A DNA stretch of 64,000 nucleotides from Nitrososphaerota archaeon (GCA_041641295.1 JBEPYO010000001.1:416001-480000); one strand, 5' to 3'; shown: positions 39,930 to 49,868, counted from the first letter of the stretch. The notes: a model not told the origin generated them from the sequence alone. Translations and numbers: made by a program.

Positions 39930-41246
39930 CTAGAACAACGGCTGCTTAGTATAATCGTTCGGATGCTCGTAGAATGAATCTTCTATCTCAGTCCTGTGGA
40001 CAACCACTAGTCTGCCATTTCTCACAACCGATATGAACTGATGCCCAAATGACTGGTGTAGTTTGCCGTTGAAACGCTTGTCTCCTTGTGGGTGCCACAG
40101 ACCCTCATTGAACCAATCCATAGACTCGAGCGTCTTGATAAAGGCCTCATAGTCGCTGCGAGTCGGCTCGCTGTAGCCGCTCTGCTCCACAGCCTCCTTA
40201 ATTACGAAGAGGGTCTCCCAGACCCCAAACATGTGGCTAAATGCGGAGACTCGAGAAGGATCTGACTTGTCGGCGCCACTTTCGTCAACACCAACCGACT
40301 CCCTATAGAACCTTGCATAGGGGGTGTCGTAGCCGTCAGCATACCTTGGAAAAGCCTCCCAGAAATAAGTCCCCTCAAGATACTCCAACCCTGGAGCGGA
40401 GAGTGGAACAGCCTCAATGCTGTCTATAAATCCGAACAACTCAGGCCTATCACGCCCAAGATAGACCCCAAGCTCCCTGATAAAAGTAAGCACGTCGCCA
40501 ACCATCACATGGTAAAGCACATCAATATCTCTCGGAATCCGGGTGAAGTATTTCGTAAAGCTGGTCTCACCCGGCGGGATGGGAATCTTCTCAACAATCC
40601 TCGCACCATACCTCTCCGCCGCCTTGGTGAGGGCATCCCTATGATCATGCCCAAACGCATAGTCAGGGTAGATCATCGCGACCCTCTTCCCCAGGTTCTC
40701 GAAGATCCACTTAGCCACGGCAGTCACTTGGCCAGGGACATCTGTTATTCCTGGCTGGAAGCACCACCTATTCAGCTTGCCGAAAGGTACATGGGTTCCC
40801 TCACTGACTGCGAAGTAGGGTCTCTTAAGCTCGCCAGCCCTAGGGCCGGATGCAAGCACCACGTCCGAGAAGAGGGCCCCGAGGATGAAGTCTACATTGT
40901 GGGCTAGCACAAGCCTCTCGACGACCTGCGCACCCTTGGCGGGACTTGTCTCGTCATCCTCAGCTATGAGTTCAACTGGCCGCCCAGCTATCCCGCCGAT
41001 CTTGTTTATGTAGGAGACAGCGGCGTTGGCCACCCTCTCATACCAGAAACCGTATGGTGCCCCGATCCCAGTTCTGTGTACTTGGAACCCGATCTTGATG
41101 GGTTTCACACCTGGTTCGCGTCCCTGTGGAGGCTGCGCTCCGATTGAGCTGCCTGACAAGTATCCGGCAACAGCCCCTAGACCTGCCGCACCAGCGGCGA
41201 TAATACCGGTCTTTAATAGACTTGAGAGAGCCCGCCGTCGATCCAT
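39930..41246 (-). CDS. LIV-type ABC substrate-binding protein with Tat-like signal
   Basis: MDRRRAL twin-arginine N-terminus; INKIGGIAGRPVEL..EDD; PDYAFG. Confidence 0.88.
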   Translation of the reverse strand: MDRRRALSSLLKTGIIAAGAAGLGAVAGYLSGSSIGAQPPQGREPGVKPIKIGFQVHRTGIGAPYGFWYERVANAAVSYINKIGGIAGRPVELIAEDDETSPAKGAQVVERLVLAHNVDFILGALFSDVVLASGPRAGELKRPYFAVSEGTHVPFGKLNRWCFQPGITDVPGQVTAVAKWIFENLGKRVAMIYPDYAFGHDHRDALTKAAERYGARIVEKIPIPPGETSFTKYFTRIPRDIDVLYHVMVGDVLTFIRELGVYLGRDRPELFGFIDSIEAVPLSAPGLEYLEGTYFWEAFPRYADGYDTPYARFYRESVGVDESGADKSDPSRVSAFSHMFGVWETLFVIKEAVEQSGYSEPTRSDYEAFIKTLESMDWFNEGLWHPQGDKRFNGKLHQSFGHQFISVVRNGRLVVVHRTEIEDSFYEHPNDYTKQPLF

Positions 41247-41385
41247 TTCCAGCGAAGTAGGTTATAGCCCCTCGTTTTATAGCTAACGAAACTGGCAAAA
41301 AATGATTCAAAACATCGCTCAGCTGTAATATTGCCGGAATGCCCAAAATTGATAAGCCTCCCTAAGAATATAATGTCAGGACGAC

Positions 41386-42420
41386 ATGGAGATCATAGTT
41401 AAGGTCTCTGGGCGTAGCATCGGAGTTAGGCGCGAGGTGGAAGAAGTTCTGAAGGACAGGCTACAGGGTGTTAAGGTTTGTGAATCTCTAGACGATGTCA
41501 GACTCGAGAAAGGTGACGTACTTGTAGTCGTTGGTGACGATAGAGATATTCTTCAGACTCTCCACACAGTTAGCGATAGAGAGGTGAGGGTCTTAGCAGT
41601 CAGCCGCGAGGCTACGCGAGGATTCCTATCACAGGTGATGCTTGACGAACTCCCAAGCGCCTTGGAAAGGATTGAGAAGGGGCAGTTCATGACAGAGAGT
41701 CTAACCGCGTTAAGAGTGACGATCGACGACCAAAACCTTGCCATAGCCGTAAACGAGGCAGCACTCTTCTCGCAGATAAGCGCTACACTTGTGGAGTATA
41801 GCCTTTATGTGGATGGAGAGCTCCTCTGGCGCGACTTGGCCGATGGCTTAATCGTCTCCACCCCCCTAGGCTCAAGCGGATACTCACTCTCAGCGGGAGG
41901 ACCCTTGATACACCATGCAGCCAAGGCCCTAGCTATTGTACCCGTAAACTCGATAGACATGACGCGTAGACCCCTAATCGTCAGCGACCAGTCAGCCATA
42001 TCTGTGGAGAGCGTCTCGTCGCGGGGCGGGGCGGAGGTCATAGTTGACGGGCTTCTCCGCGTCCCTGTCGAGGAGAGCCTCACGATCAAGGCCTATGAGC
42101 CGCCCATCAAATTCATCAGGCTTAACGGCCCTTCCCCCATATTCAGCAAGATTGAGAAGAAGATACATCTGGCGGAGGAGCTGTTAGACACGCCACCGTC
42201 AGCGAAACTCATACTAAAGACAATAGAGTATGAAGGGCCTCTCACCTATTCCCAGCTCCTCAAAAAGACTATGCTACCCGAGAGGACCCTCCGCCACGCA
42301 CTTAACATACTGGTCTCGAAGAGGCTTCTCGCTCGTAGACCACTCACAAGAGATGCGAGACAGAAGATATATTATATTCCCGAGAGTAATCGTATTGGAG
42401 AACCGAAAACAACGGAGTGA
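41386..42420 (+). CDS. NAD kinase-like domain fused to C-terminal winged HTH
   Basis: AVNE, DGLIVSTPLGSSGYSLSAGGP; PPSAKLI...L.LPERTLRHALNIL HTH; GGDG motif reads GDDR. Confidence 0.85.
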   Translation: MEIIVKVSGRSIGVRREVEEVLKDRLQGVKVCESLDDVRLEKGDVLVVVGDDRDILQTLHTVSDREVRVLAVSREATRGFLSQVMLDELPSALERIEKGQFMTESLTALRVTIDDQNLAIAVNEAALFSQISATLVEYSLYVDGELLWRDLADGLIVSTPLGSSGYSLSAGGPLIHHAAKALAIVPVNSIDMTRRPLIVSDQSAISVESVSSRGGAEVIVDGLLRVPVEESLTIKAYEPPIKFIRLNGPSPIFSKIEKKIHLAEELLDTPPSAKLILKTIEYEGPLTYSQLLKKTMLPERTLRHALNILVSKRLLARRPLTRDARQKIYYIPESNRIGEPKTTE

Positions 42421-42427
42421 ATAGGTA

Positions 42428-42934
42428 TTGGATGTTGGGCTGGGAGATCTTGCGGCGAGACAGGAGGGTCTAAAGGCCTTCATGAGGCTATACCCTCAGG
42501 GCGTGACGGTTGTCACCACAAGGGTAGGCGGACTTGCATACGGCATTACTGTCAGCTCCTTCACCTCAGTCTCCTTAAATCCACCCCTCGTCATGATAGC
42601 CGTTGACAGGTCGGCAAACTCCTACAAAGCCTTCAGAGAGGCAGAAATATTCGCGATACATCTCCTCTCAAGCGGGCAGGCAGAGTTAAGTGAGATTTTT
42701 GCCGGCAGGAAGAAGACCCGCGATAAGTTTGAGGGCGTGGATTATGAGGAGGGGCCCGAGAAAGTCCCAATCCTCCGCGACACTCCAGCCTACATGATCT
42801 GTAGGAGGTATAGGATTTACGAGGCTGGAGACCACGACCTGATACTCTGTGAGGTTTTAAGCGTTGCTATAAGAATGCCGGATTCAAAGCCGCTAGTATA
42901 TAGGAATAGGACCTATACCACTGTTGCCAACTGA
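42428..42934 (+). CDS. Flavin reductase (HpaC/RutF-like)
   Basis: GVTVVT, SFTSVSLNPP, GDH, PLVY. Confidence 0.92.
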   Translation: MDVGLGDLAARQEGLKAFMRLYPQGVTVVTTRVGGLAYGITVSSFTSVSLNPPLVMIAVDRSANSYKAFREAEIFAIHLLSSGQAELSEIFAGRKKTRDKFEGVDYEEGPEKVPILRDTPAYMICRRYRIYEAGDHDLILCEVLSVAIRMPDSKPLVYRNRTYTTVAN

Positions 42935-42970
42935 GGTAAAGGCTAAATCAACGCTTAGGAAATCTTCTTG

Positions 42971-43037
42971 ACGTGATGAAACCGACCTGCGCTGAGGGCT
43001 ATCTGCCCGGTGAAGAGCATGTCTCCTCTCTGAGAGT
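42971..43037 (+). ncRNA. C/D box methylation-guide sRNA
   Basis: C GTGATGA 42973-79; D' CTGA 42992-95; GGGC/GCCC hairpin; C' GTGAAGA 43010-16; D CTGA 43030-33; both guides complementary to the 16S in this window. Confidence 0.85.
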
Positions 43038-43056
43038 TTTAGGGGTGTAGTTCGGC

Positions 43057-43329
43057 TTGATCGTCCAACTCTACGGACACCTCCGCACAGAGGTGAAGGA
43101 CCGGCTCATCGAAGTCAGGCTAGGTGAGAGGAAGCCGCTTAAAGCCGCTCTAAAACTCCTACCCGAGACAGTAAGGCGCCAAGTCCTTGATGAGGGCGGG
43201 GAAATAAGACCAGGGTTCCTAATTCTCGTAAACGACGTGGATGCGCGCTCAGTCTACCGGTATGAGGTGGAGGTATCGGATGATGACAGGGTCACTATTG
43301 TGCCGATGATCCATGGCGGCTGTAATTAG
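43057..43329 (+). CDS. Urm1/SAMP/MoaD-like beta-grasp protein
   Basis: LILVND.D, D.VTIVPMIHGG, followed by CN; SD AGGGGTG upstream. Confidence 0.88.
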   Translation: MIVQLYGHLRTEVKDRLIEVRLGERKPLKAALKLLPETVRRQVLDEGGEIRPGFLILVNDVDARSVYRYEVEVSDDDRVTIVPMIHGGCN

Positions 43330-43861
43330 GTCCAGCTACGGGCCCTACAGGTTTGCTGCAGCACTGATAACCAACGTAAAGAAGAATCCACTGAAGCTCC
43401 TAGATGAAATGCGTCTCAGCGGCTCGTCGGGAATACAGTTCTGCAGGCCAGAGATAGTTGTGTCAGCCCGCCACCTAGTCGCAGCATTCGCAGCCGCTGC
43501 CACAACCACCTTAGCCGGGACAGCAAGGTCCAAGCGTATCGAGGTAGAATACCTCCTAAGACTATCATGCCAGAGACAGATCCAAGACGCCCTCAAAGTC
43601 GCAGGCATCAGAGGCGGCGAGGACAAGATAGTCGCAGCAGCAATAACTACAGGCGACACGGACCCGGAGACACTACTCTACAAAATAGTAGAGGAGCTAG
43701 GCGGAACTATCGAGCCCTTCAGACAAGTAGCGTCCCCAGCGACTCTAATGGAAATCTACAACATAAGTAAAGAGCTGCTGGAAGTAGTCCCAGCACCCGA
43801 CCCAGCAGACGCCCTAGAACTCCTAATAATCGAGAAAGTAGTCTCAAGCTATGTCGGGTGA
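43313..43861 (+). CDS. cgi121: KEOPS subunit Cgi121
   Basis: IQ......S..HL..A, A.SK.IEVEYLLRLSCQRQIQDAL..AG. Confidence 0.85.
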   Translation: MAAVIRSSYGPYRFAAALITNVKKNPLKLLDEMRLSGSSGIQFCRPEIVVSARHLVAAFAAAATTTLAGTARSKRIEVEYLLRLSCQRQIQDALKVAGIRGGEDKIVAAAITTGDTDPETLLYKIVEELGGTIEPFRQVASPATLMEIYNISKELLEVVPAPDPADALELLIIEKVVSSYVG

Positions 43862-43921
43862 AAAGCAGTCACGCGGCGCGTGCTCATACAATTACGTGTG
43901 TGGCGAGTGTAGAACGAGGGC

Positions 43922-44368
43922 TTATTCGTATTTGTAGAGTGTTTTTACCTCGAAGTTTTCGGGCAGTACACCGGTGGACTTGTAGTACTTCACGAGCCTG
44001 TGTATCTTGGCCTCCACTAGCTGGAGCCTCTTTCTGTTGTAGCGGTCTGATCGGTGTGTTTGCAGGTGTACGTGCATTCTCCTAGCCCTTGCGATGAGGT
44101 TTGAGAGGTCTTCAGGTATTTCCGGAGCGAGGCCGTTTTCCTCTAGAATCTTAAGCATCTTCTTGCCCACTATCGGTTTGACGAGGGGGATACCGTGTTG
44201 GTCACGGAGTATAACGCCTATCTGGCTGGGTGGGATACCGCTTTTTGCATACTTCACGACCAGCGCCTCTACCTCGTCTGGGGAGACTGTGAGCCAGGGT
44301 GGAGGCACCTTACTTATGGGTCTCTTAGACCCTGAGCGGCCTCTTTTCCTCGCATGCATCCGCGCCAA
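43922..44368 (-). CDS. rps15: 30S ribosomal protein S15 (uS15)
   Basis: [45 protein letters not shown]. Confidence 0.97.
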   Translation of the reverse strand: MARMHARKRGRSGSKRPISKVPPPWLTVSPDEVEALVVKYAKSGIPPSQIGVILRDQHGIPLVKPIVGKKMLKILEENGLAPEIPEDLSNLIARARRMHVHLQTHRSDRYNRKRLQLVEAKIHRLVKYYKSTGVLPENFEVKTLYKYE

Positions 44369-44486
44369 GCCTAAACCACTTAAGGCTAGTTTTCCCCCGG
44401 CGTGATTTAAATCTAACCCGAGCCATGATTGGCAGTCGAGGGGCTAAATAGCCTTAAATGAGGCGTGATGAGGCTAAACATTTTAG

Positions 44487-45590
44487 ATGAGTGTAGATAG
44501 GAGGGAGATTCTAGTCTATGCTGTTTGTGTCGCCTCGTGGATTGCCAGTGGGTTCATACACTTTCCCCAGCTTGGATGGAGCATATACAGTGACATAGTC
44601 AGCTTCTGGTACAGGCCCGAGAGCGGAGATATGCTTAGGGCCGGCTCCGCGCCCTGCTTCCAATTCTTCTTCGAGTATCCCCCCGCCTCCTGCCTCTCAA
44701 TCTATGCATCAGCCCTGCTCAGCTCAGGAGACACTATAAGATATTATCAGGCATTCTTTTATCTCAGCCTACCAGCATACATCGCGATCGCATGGTCCAT
44801 TATACGTATCTCTAGAATTAGTGGCTCGGGCTGGCTTGGCCTCGTCTTCGCAGCCTCCCCCAGTCTTGTCTTATACGGAATATACAATTTTGACCATTAT
44901 GCCGCAGCTCTCGCAGGCTTGTCAACTGTACTTATGCTAAGGAAGAGATATTTTATCGGTGGGCTGGCGGCTGGTCTGGGCTTCGCATTCAAACTCTACA
45001 CAGCCCTCCTCATACCAATAGTATTCATTGAGACGAGGGGGCGTGAGAGGCTTGATTATTTGCTGGGATTCATAGCGGGTGCGGCTCCGCTATATCTCGC
45101 TCAGGCGGTCCTAAACCCTGCAGGGCTCGTCCAATTCATAGAGTATCACAGTGGATGGGGGCTGGAGAATGCCTGGTATATCTGGATATTCTGGGACCAG
45201 TTCTCACCCACAGCTAAGATGCTCGGAACACTGCTGGGCGCCTTCCTAGTCCTTCAGGCAGCGCTAATGAGGGGCCCGGTTCTTCCGCGGATGTTTCTCG
45301 CAGTCTCATCCTGGCTGATCATGTCCTATATCTTCACTCCTCAGATGGTTATCTGGCTCATCCCATTCTGGGCCGCAGTTCCGAGGTCCGTGCTTCCATA
45401 TTGGCCGAGCCTAGAGATAAGCAACGTCGCCATAATATTGACGTGGTTCGGCGACTACAACCCAGTCATGCCACCCTCGCCACCTCAGGTCATGACGCTG
45501 ATCAGGGCAGCATCCCTAGCACTAATGATGGTTGCAGTATACCGCAACGACATCAAAAAAACTAAAATTGAGACCCCGCTACGTGGCTGA
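44487..45590 (+). CDS. GT-C fold membrane glycosyltransferase (GT87/DUF2029-like)
   Basis: YSDI, FEYPP, NFD, KLY, PQ..IWLIP; many TM helices. Confidence 0.72.
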   Translation: MSVDRREILVYAVCVASWIASGFIHFPQLGWSIYSDIVSFWYRPESGDMLRAGSAPCFQFFFEYPPASCLSIYASALLSSGDTIRYYQAFFYLSLPAYIAIAWSIIRISRISGSGWLGLVFAASPSLVLYGIYNFDHYAAALAGLSTVLMLRKRYFIGGLAAGLGFAFKLYTALLIPIVFIETRGRERLDYLLGFIAGAAPLYLAQAVLNPAGLVQFIEYHSGWGLENAWYIWIFWDQFSPTAKMLGTLLGAFLVLQAALMRGPVLPRMFLAVSSWLIMSYIFTPQMVIWLIPFWAAVPRSVLPYWPSLEISNVAIILTWFGDYNPVMPPSPPQVMTLIRAASLALMMVAVYRNDIKKTKIETPLRG

Positions 45591-45594
45591 TGTA

Positions 45595-46674
45595 TTATCT
45601 CTCCCGCTTCCCCTCTATAAACTCCTCAAGCATTGTCCGCGCGACGTCATCTGGGTATTGGATTGGTGGAGACTTCATGAGGTAGGCCGACGCCGATATG
45701 AGCGGCCCCCCGATCCCTCTCTCCTTGGCTATCTTAACACATCTTATCGCGTCAATTACGACGCCTGCAGAGTTGGGAGAGTCCCAGACCTCCAGCTTCA
45801 CCTCCACAGTCAGTGGAGAGTCACCGAAGTTTCTTCCCTCGAGGCGGATGTACGCCCACTTCCTGTCCCCAAGCCACGGGACATAGTCGCTGGGCCCAAC
45901 ATGTATGTCGGACTCGCTCAGCTTGTAGGGAATCAGCGACTCTACGGCTGAGGTTTTAGAAATCTTTTTCGACTGAAGCCTCTCCCGCTCAAGCATGTTT
46001 AGAAAGTCGGTGTTTCCGCCGAAGTTTAGCTGGTAGGTTCTGTCGATTTTGACTCCTCTGTCCACGAATAGCTTCGCCAAGACCCTGTGGAGGATCGTGG
46101 CACCGAGCTGGCTCTTAACATCATCACCCACTATCGGAACATTTCTCTTCTCGAATATCTTCTGCCACCTCCTCTCCCGCGCAATAAACACGGGTATAGC
46201 GTTCACAAACCCAGTACCCGCATCAAGAGCCTGCTCAACATACCACTTAGTCGCAGCCTCGCTGCCGACTGGGAGGAAGTTGACAACTACGTCGGCCTCA
46301 GTCTCCTTCAGGACAGAGGCGACATCAACCGTCTCGCCGGGTGCCTTCTTAATAACATCTTTAAGATATTTCCCAATGCTGTCAAAGGTCATTCCCCTCA
46401 TGACCTCGACGCCCAGTCTGGGGACATCGGCGAACTTTCGAGTATTGTTAGGAGGGGCGAAAATTGCTTCAGATAAGTCTTTCCCCACCTTCCTCTCATC
46501 AATATCGAAGGCCGCCACGAACTCTATGTCAGATACGTGATAACCGCCTAGCCTCACATGCATGAGGCCGGGGACAAACTCGTCGTCAGGCGCGTCTTTG
46601 TAATACTCGACGCCTTGGACGAGCGAGGAGGCGCAGTTCCCCACACCCACTATGGCGACCTTAATTTTCCCCAT
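45595..46674 (-). CDS. ino1: myo-inositol-1-phosphate synthase
   Basis: [39 protein letters not shown]; start set at MGKIK. Confidence 0.95.
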   Translation of the reverse strand: MGKIKVAIVGVGNCASSLVQGVEYYKDAPDDEFVPGLMHVRLGGYHVSDIEFVAAFDIDERKVGKDLSEAIFAPPNNTRKFADVPRLGVEVMRGMTFDSIGKYLKDVIKKAPGETVDVASVLKETEADVVVNFLPVGSEAATKWYVEQALDAGTGFVNAIPVFIARERRWQKIFEKRNVPIVGDDVKSQLGATILHRVLAKLFVDRGVKIDRTYQLNFGGNTDFLNMLERERLQSKKISKTSAVESLIPYKLSESDIHVGPSDYVPWLGDRKWAYIRLEGRNFGDSPLTVEVKLEVWDSPNSAGVVIDAIRCVKIAKERGIGGPLISASAYLMKSPPIQYPDDVARTMLEEFIEGKRER

Positions 46675-46800
46675 ATCACTCGTCAGACACTTCCTCTTTA
46701 ATAAGTGTTTAACGGGGTATAGAAACAAATATATACCATGCACCCCCTAATTACATGGTGCAGATTAGTGTCTTCTTTCGATTATTCTAGTAAGACCCTC

Positions 46801-47808
46801 TTGAGTATACGATTCGTTCTGATATTCTCTCTGATCATCGTGGGGCTCACAGCTGGTGTTTTTTCACAAAATGTGATCACTAGGACTAGGACTTCTACTG
46901 TGCTGGAGACCATGGGAGGTACGACAATTACAACCACCATCTTGGTTGAGGGTGGTGAAAGAACAATCACTATGGTTATCCCGGGCTATGTGCTTATTGA
47001 CGTTCGTTTAGAGTCGGGTAGGACGTGCGTAGTTGTCTTCAGAGCGTTGAGAGAGATTCCTGAGCAGACTGTGACGATCGAAGGAGGGACGTTTGAGTTT
47101 CCGGGAACGACGCTGTCAACCGTGATTAGGGAACAGACAGTTGTCTTCTCTACAGCCTACACTGACTCAGGCTGGACAACCACATATACTGGCGCCGGCC
47201 CCGGCTATGCAACTACAATCCTAGGATATGCAACCACTTTCCCTGCGCTGGGTGAACTCAGGGAGACGTGTGGAGAGAACATAATCTCGCTATTGAATAC
47301 GGTCATCTTCGAGACCGCCCCAGCCACCTTCTATCTAGCGTTTCCAGGCTACACTGTCACAATTTCAGCAGCCACCTACACTATTCCAGGAATCACAATG
47401 GAGATAGAGCCATTCACTACCACCTACACGAGTACCATTGAGGGAGTATCTGAGACGCTGACAACAACGTTCCGAGGTTCAACCACTCTTCAGACCGTCA
47501 CTCTACAACCCAGCACATACGTGAGTACAATGGTAAAAGAAGGAAGTACTGTAACTAGGCTTGTAACAGTTGTCGAGACCGTAACTCTTGAAGAGACCAC
47601 CACGCCGCCAGCAACAACCACAACACCTACAACAACAGCGACTCAGACACAGACAACGCAGACAGCCACCACGACACCACAAGTTACTACAAGGACAGAG
47701 ACTCAGCCACAGCCTGCACAGTTTGATGTAGCTATAATTGCCATTGTCCTAGTTGTGTTAGCTGTTGTCGCAGGAGCAGTGGTCTATATTTTAAAGAGAA
47801 AGCGGTAG
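46801..47808 (+). CDS. Threonine-rich membrane-anchored surface protein
   Basis: Signal peptide; very Thr-rich beta-like body; TTTP linker; C-terminal TM plus KRKR. Confidence 0.75.
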   Translation: MSIRFVLIFSLIIVGLTAGVFSQNVITRTRTSTVLETMGGTTITTTILVEGGERTITMVIPGYVLIDVRLESGRTCVVVFRALREIPEQTVTIEGGTFEFPGTTLSTVIREQTVVFSTAYTDSGWTTTYTGAGPGYATTILGYATTFPALGELRETCGENIISLLNTVIFETAPATFYLAFPGYTVTISAATYTIPGITMEIEPFTTTYTSTIEGVSETLTTTFRGSTTLQTVTLQPSTYVSTMVKEGSTVTRLVTVVETVTLEETTTPPATTTTPTTTATQTQTTQTATTTPQVTTRTETQPQPAQFDVAIIAIVLVVLAVVAGAVVYILKRKR

Positions 47809-47838
47809 AGTAAACCTACAAACTTTTTATTTTATAGA

Positions 47839-49077
47839 TTATCTATCCCACTCGACAGGCCAGAAGTTGTTGGACCAGTAGATGACAGGTATGTCTGCAA
47901 TCCTTTTTCCACGTCCAGTATATGGTATGACGATCAGGTTCCTGAATGATGGTGCAAGTATTCTTACCCTGTATGGTTTATCTGAGCCGTCCGACCTGAT
48001 GTAGTAGGCCATCTCGCCGTGGGCGGCTTCGGCCCTCGCGAAGGACTCTCCGGCGGGGACCCTGATGTTTATCGGGTGTTGTTTGAGCTTGAAGGGCCCG
48101 TCCGGAAGCCCTTCAATAAGCTGTCTAATAATCTTGAGGCTCTCCTTCATCTCTCTGAAGGCTACTACAGCCCTGGCGTAACCATCACCGTCAGTAAGCA
48201 CTGGAACCTCGAACTTCACCTCGCTGTATGCGTCATAGGGCTCGTCAACCCGTACATCTCTTTTCAAGCCTGAGGCTCTTATGGTGACTCCGACGGCTCC
48301 TAGTGCCGCGGCCTCCTCGGGTGTCAGCCTACCGACCCCGCGTGTCCTGCTTATGAATATTGAGTTGTCGAGTATCAGGTCCCAGTAGTAGTCCAGCCGG
48401 CTGTCTATGAAGTCGGCTACGTGTAAGGCGTATTTGCGGAAGTCGTCTGTGAGTTCAGACTCGCTCGGCCTCTTACCTGTAGCTTCTGTATACCATGTCC
48501 TGAAGTGTTGTACGAGCTTGGGTGGAACCCTCGCAAGGACGTCGTTCCTAACACCGCCGGGCACAAAGTAGGAGTGTGTGATTCTCTGGCCTCCAATGAA
48601 TTGGACTAGGTCGACGATGAATTCGCGGTCTCCGAAGCACCAGAGGAAAGGTGTGGGAAGCCCCAGGAAGACTCCATAGAGGGCGAAGTAGTAGAAGTGG
48701 CTTCCAATCCTGTTGAGCTCGGCCATCAGGGCTCGGAGGTATTTTGCGCGTGGTGGGGGCTCGACGCCCATCAGCTTCTCAACGGCTAGGCAGTACGGGT
48801 ATAGTATTCCGGCGGAGTCGAGGATGACTGGCCTCTCAAGGTGTGGGATATTGGTTATCCAGGTCTTTGACTCGCACATCTTCTCCTCACCCCTGTGGAC
48901 GAATCCAGGGTCAGGCTCCGCCTCAAGCACCGTATCACCCAAGACTCTAACGATTAGTCTGAAATGACCTGTGCCGGGGTGCTGTGGGCCGTAGGAGAAG
49001 ACAAGCCCCTCGCCAGTGTCGTATATGTATAGCTCCCTTGCCTCCCGATCCTCCGCCTGCATCCAAATCTCCTCCAC
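47839..49077 (-). CDS. nuoD: Complex I-like subunit NuoD
   Basis: GPQHP, GFVHRGEEK, ELNRI.SH, GGVR.D, RILAPSF, C-terminal E.DR; no Ni-binding CxxC. Confidence 0.9.
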   Translation of the reverse strand: MEEIWMQAEDREARELYIYDTGEGLVFSYGPQHPGTGHFRLIVRVLGDTVLEAEPDPGFVHRGEEKMCESKTWITNIPHLERPVILDSAGILYPYCLAVEKLMGVEPPPRAKYLRALMAELNRIGSHFYYFALYGVFLGLPTPFLWCFGDREFIVDLVQFIGGQRITHSYFVPGGVRNDVLARVPPKLVQHFRTWYTEATGKRPSESELTDDFRKYALHVADFIDSRLDYYWDLILDNSIFISRTRGVGRLTPEEAAALGAVGVTIRASGLKRDVRVDEPYDAYSEVKFEVPVLTDGDGYARAVVAFREMKESLKIIRQLIEGLPDGPFKLKQHPINIRVPAGESFARAEAAHGEMAYYIRSDGSDKPYRVRILAPSFRNLIVIPYTGRGKRIADIPVIYWSNNFWPVEWDR

Positions 49078-49119
49078 ACCGCCTCTATTATAGTGTTATT
49101 CTCCACAACAACCACTTTT

Positions 49120-49326
49120 CTATCTCTTACCCTGCTTCATCAAGAGAAAGGCAAGGACGAGTACTACAAGTATTAGAATGATGCCTAAACGGAATAGTAC
49201 ACCCAGAACAGCTCTAACTCCTGCAAAGACTCCCCAGAGAAAGGCTCCCCCCACACCAATGAAGGTGACGAGAATAGCGAGCAAAATGATGACTAGTCTC
49301 GGGCTCAACTCTCTCTCCTGCCCCAC
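49120..49326 (-). CDS. Small two-helix membrane protein between nuoC and nuoD
   Basis: GTG 49326 downstream of CATAAAT; two hydrophobic stretches; basic tail. Confidence 0.55.
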   Translation of the reverse strand: MGQERELSPRLVIILLAILVTFIGVGGAFLWGVFAGVRAVLGVLFRLGIILILVVLVLAFLLMKQGKR

Positions 49327-49367
49327 TCTGGGGGTGGTGATGCTCTTTGAGAGATTTATGAGTTGTG

Positions 49368-49868
49368 TTATTCTCTTCCAGGTGGCCTGTAATCCTTCCT
49401 GAGCGGCGGAATATCTGACCACCACTCCGGGAGCAAAAGTCGCTTAAGCTTTGGATGCCCCTCGAATACCACTCCGAGCATCTCGTAGGTCTCGCGCTCG
49501 TGGTACTCAGCACTGGGCCAGACTTTAACAAGGGACGGCGACACTGGCTTGTCGCGGGGAAGCTTGGTGGCTAGGTTCACGACGTAGGGGGCTAGATCGT
49601 TATCAAGATAGGCTCCCGCATGGTAGATTAGCTCTATCGCGTTTTCACTCTGTTTGAGTGCAATCAAGTCAACTCCAGTCACGCCCTTCACATGATCAAA
49701 GCCCATCTCCTTCAAGATCGCCGCCGCCTCAACCAGCGCCCCAGAAGCCACCTCAACCTTGATTATCTTCTTATCGACTGTAACCCCCTTAAGCTTATCG
49801 CCTAAGACCTGCTTGAGCCTCTCAAGGATTGCTGCGAGTTTGGGGTTGACACTCTGCTCCCCGCTCAT
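49368..49868 (-). CDS. nuoC: Complex I-like subunit NuoC
   Basis: WPSAEYHERETYEMLG..FEGHP.L.RLLL, PPLRKD. Confidence 0.93.
   Translation of the reverse strand: MSGEQSVNPKLAAILERLKQVLGDKLKGVTVDKKIIKVEVASGALVEAAAILKEMGFDHVKGVTGVDLIALKQSENAIELIYHAGAYLDNDLAPYVVNLATKLPRDKPVSPSLVKVWPSAEYHERETYEMLGVVFEGHPKLKRLLLPEWWSDIPPLRKDYRPPGRE

Noticed and set aside
44460-44495. GTGATGA as box C of another sRNA (also ATGATGA near 25244)
   Set aside because: No properly spaced CTGA boxes or rRNA-complementary guides.
47580-47715. ACA/ACC-rich quasi-repeats as a CRISPR or tandem repeat
   Set aside because: They are Thr/Gln codons of a protein linker; I saw no repeat-spacer array or cas gene in the window.
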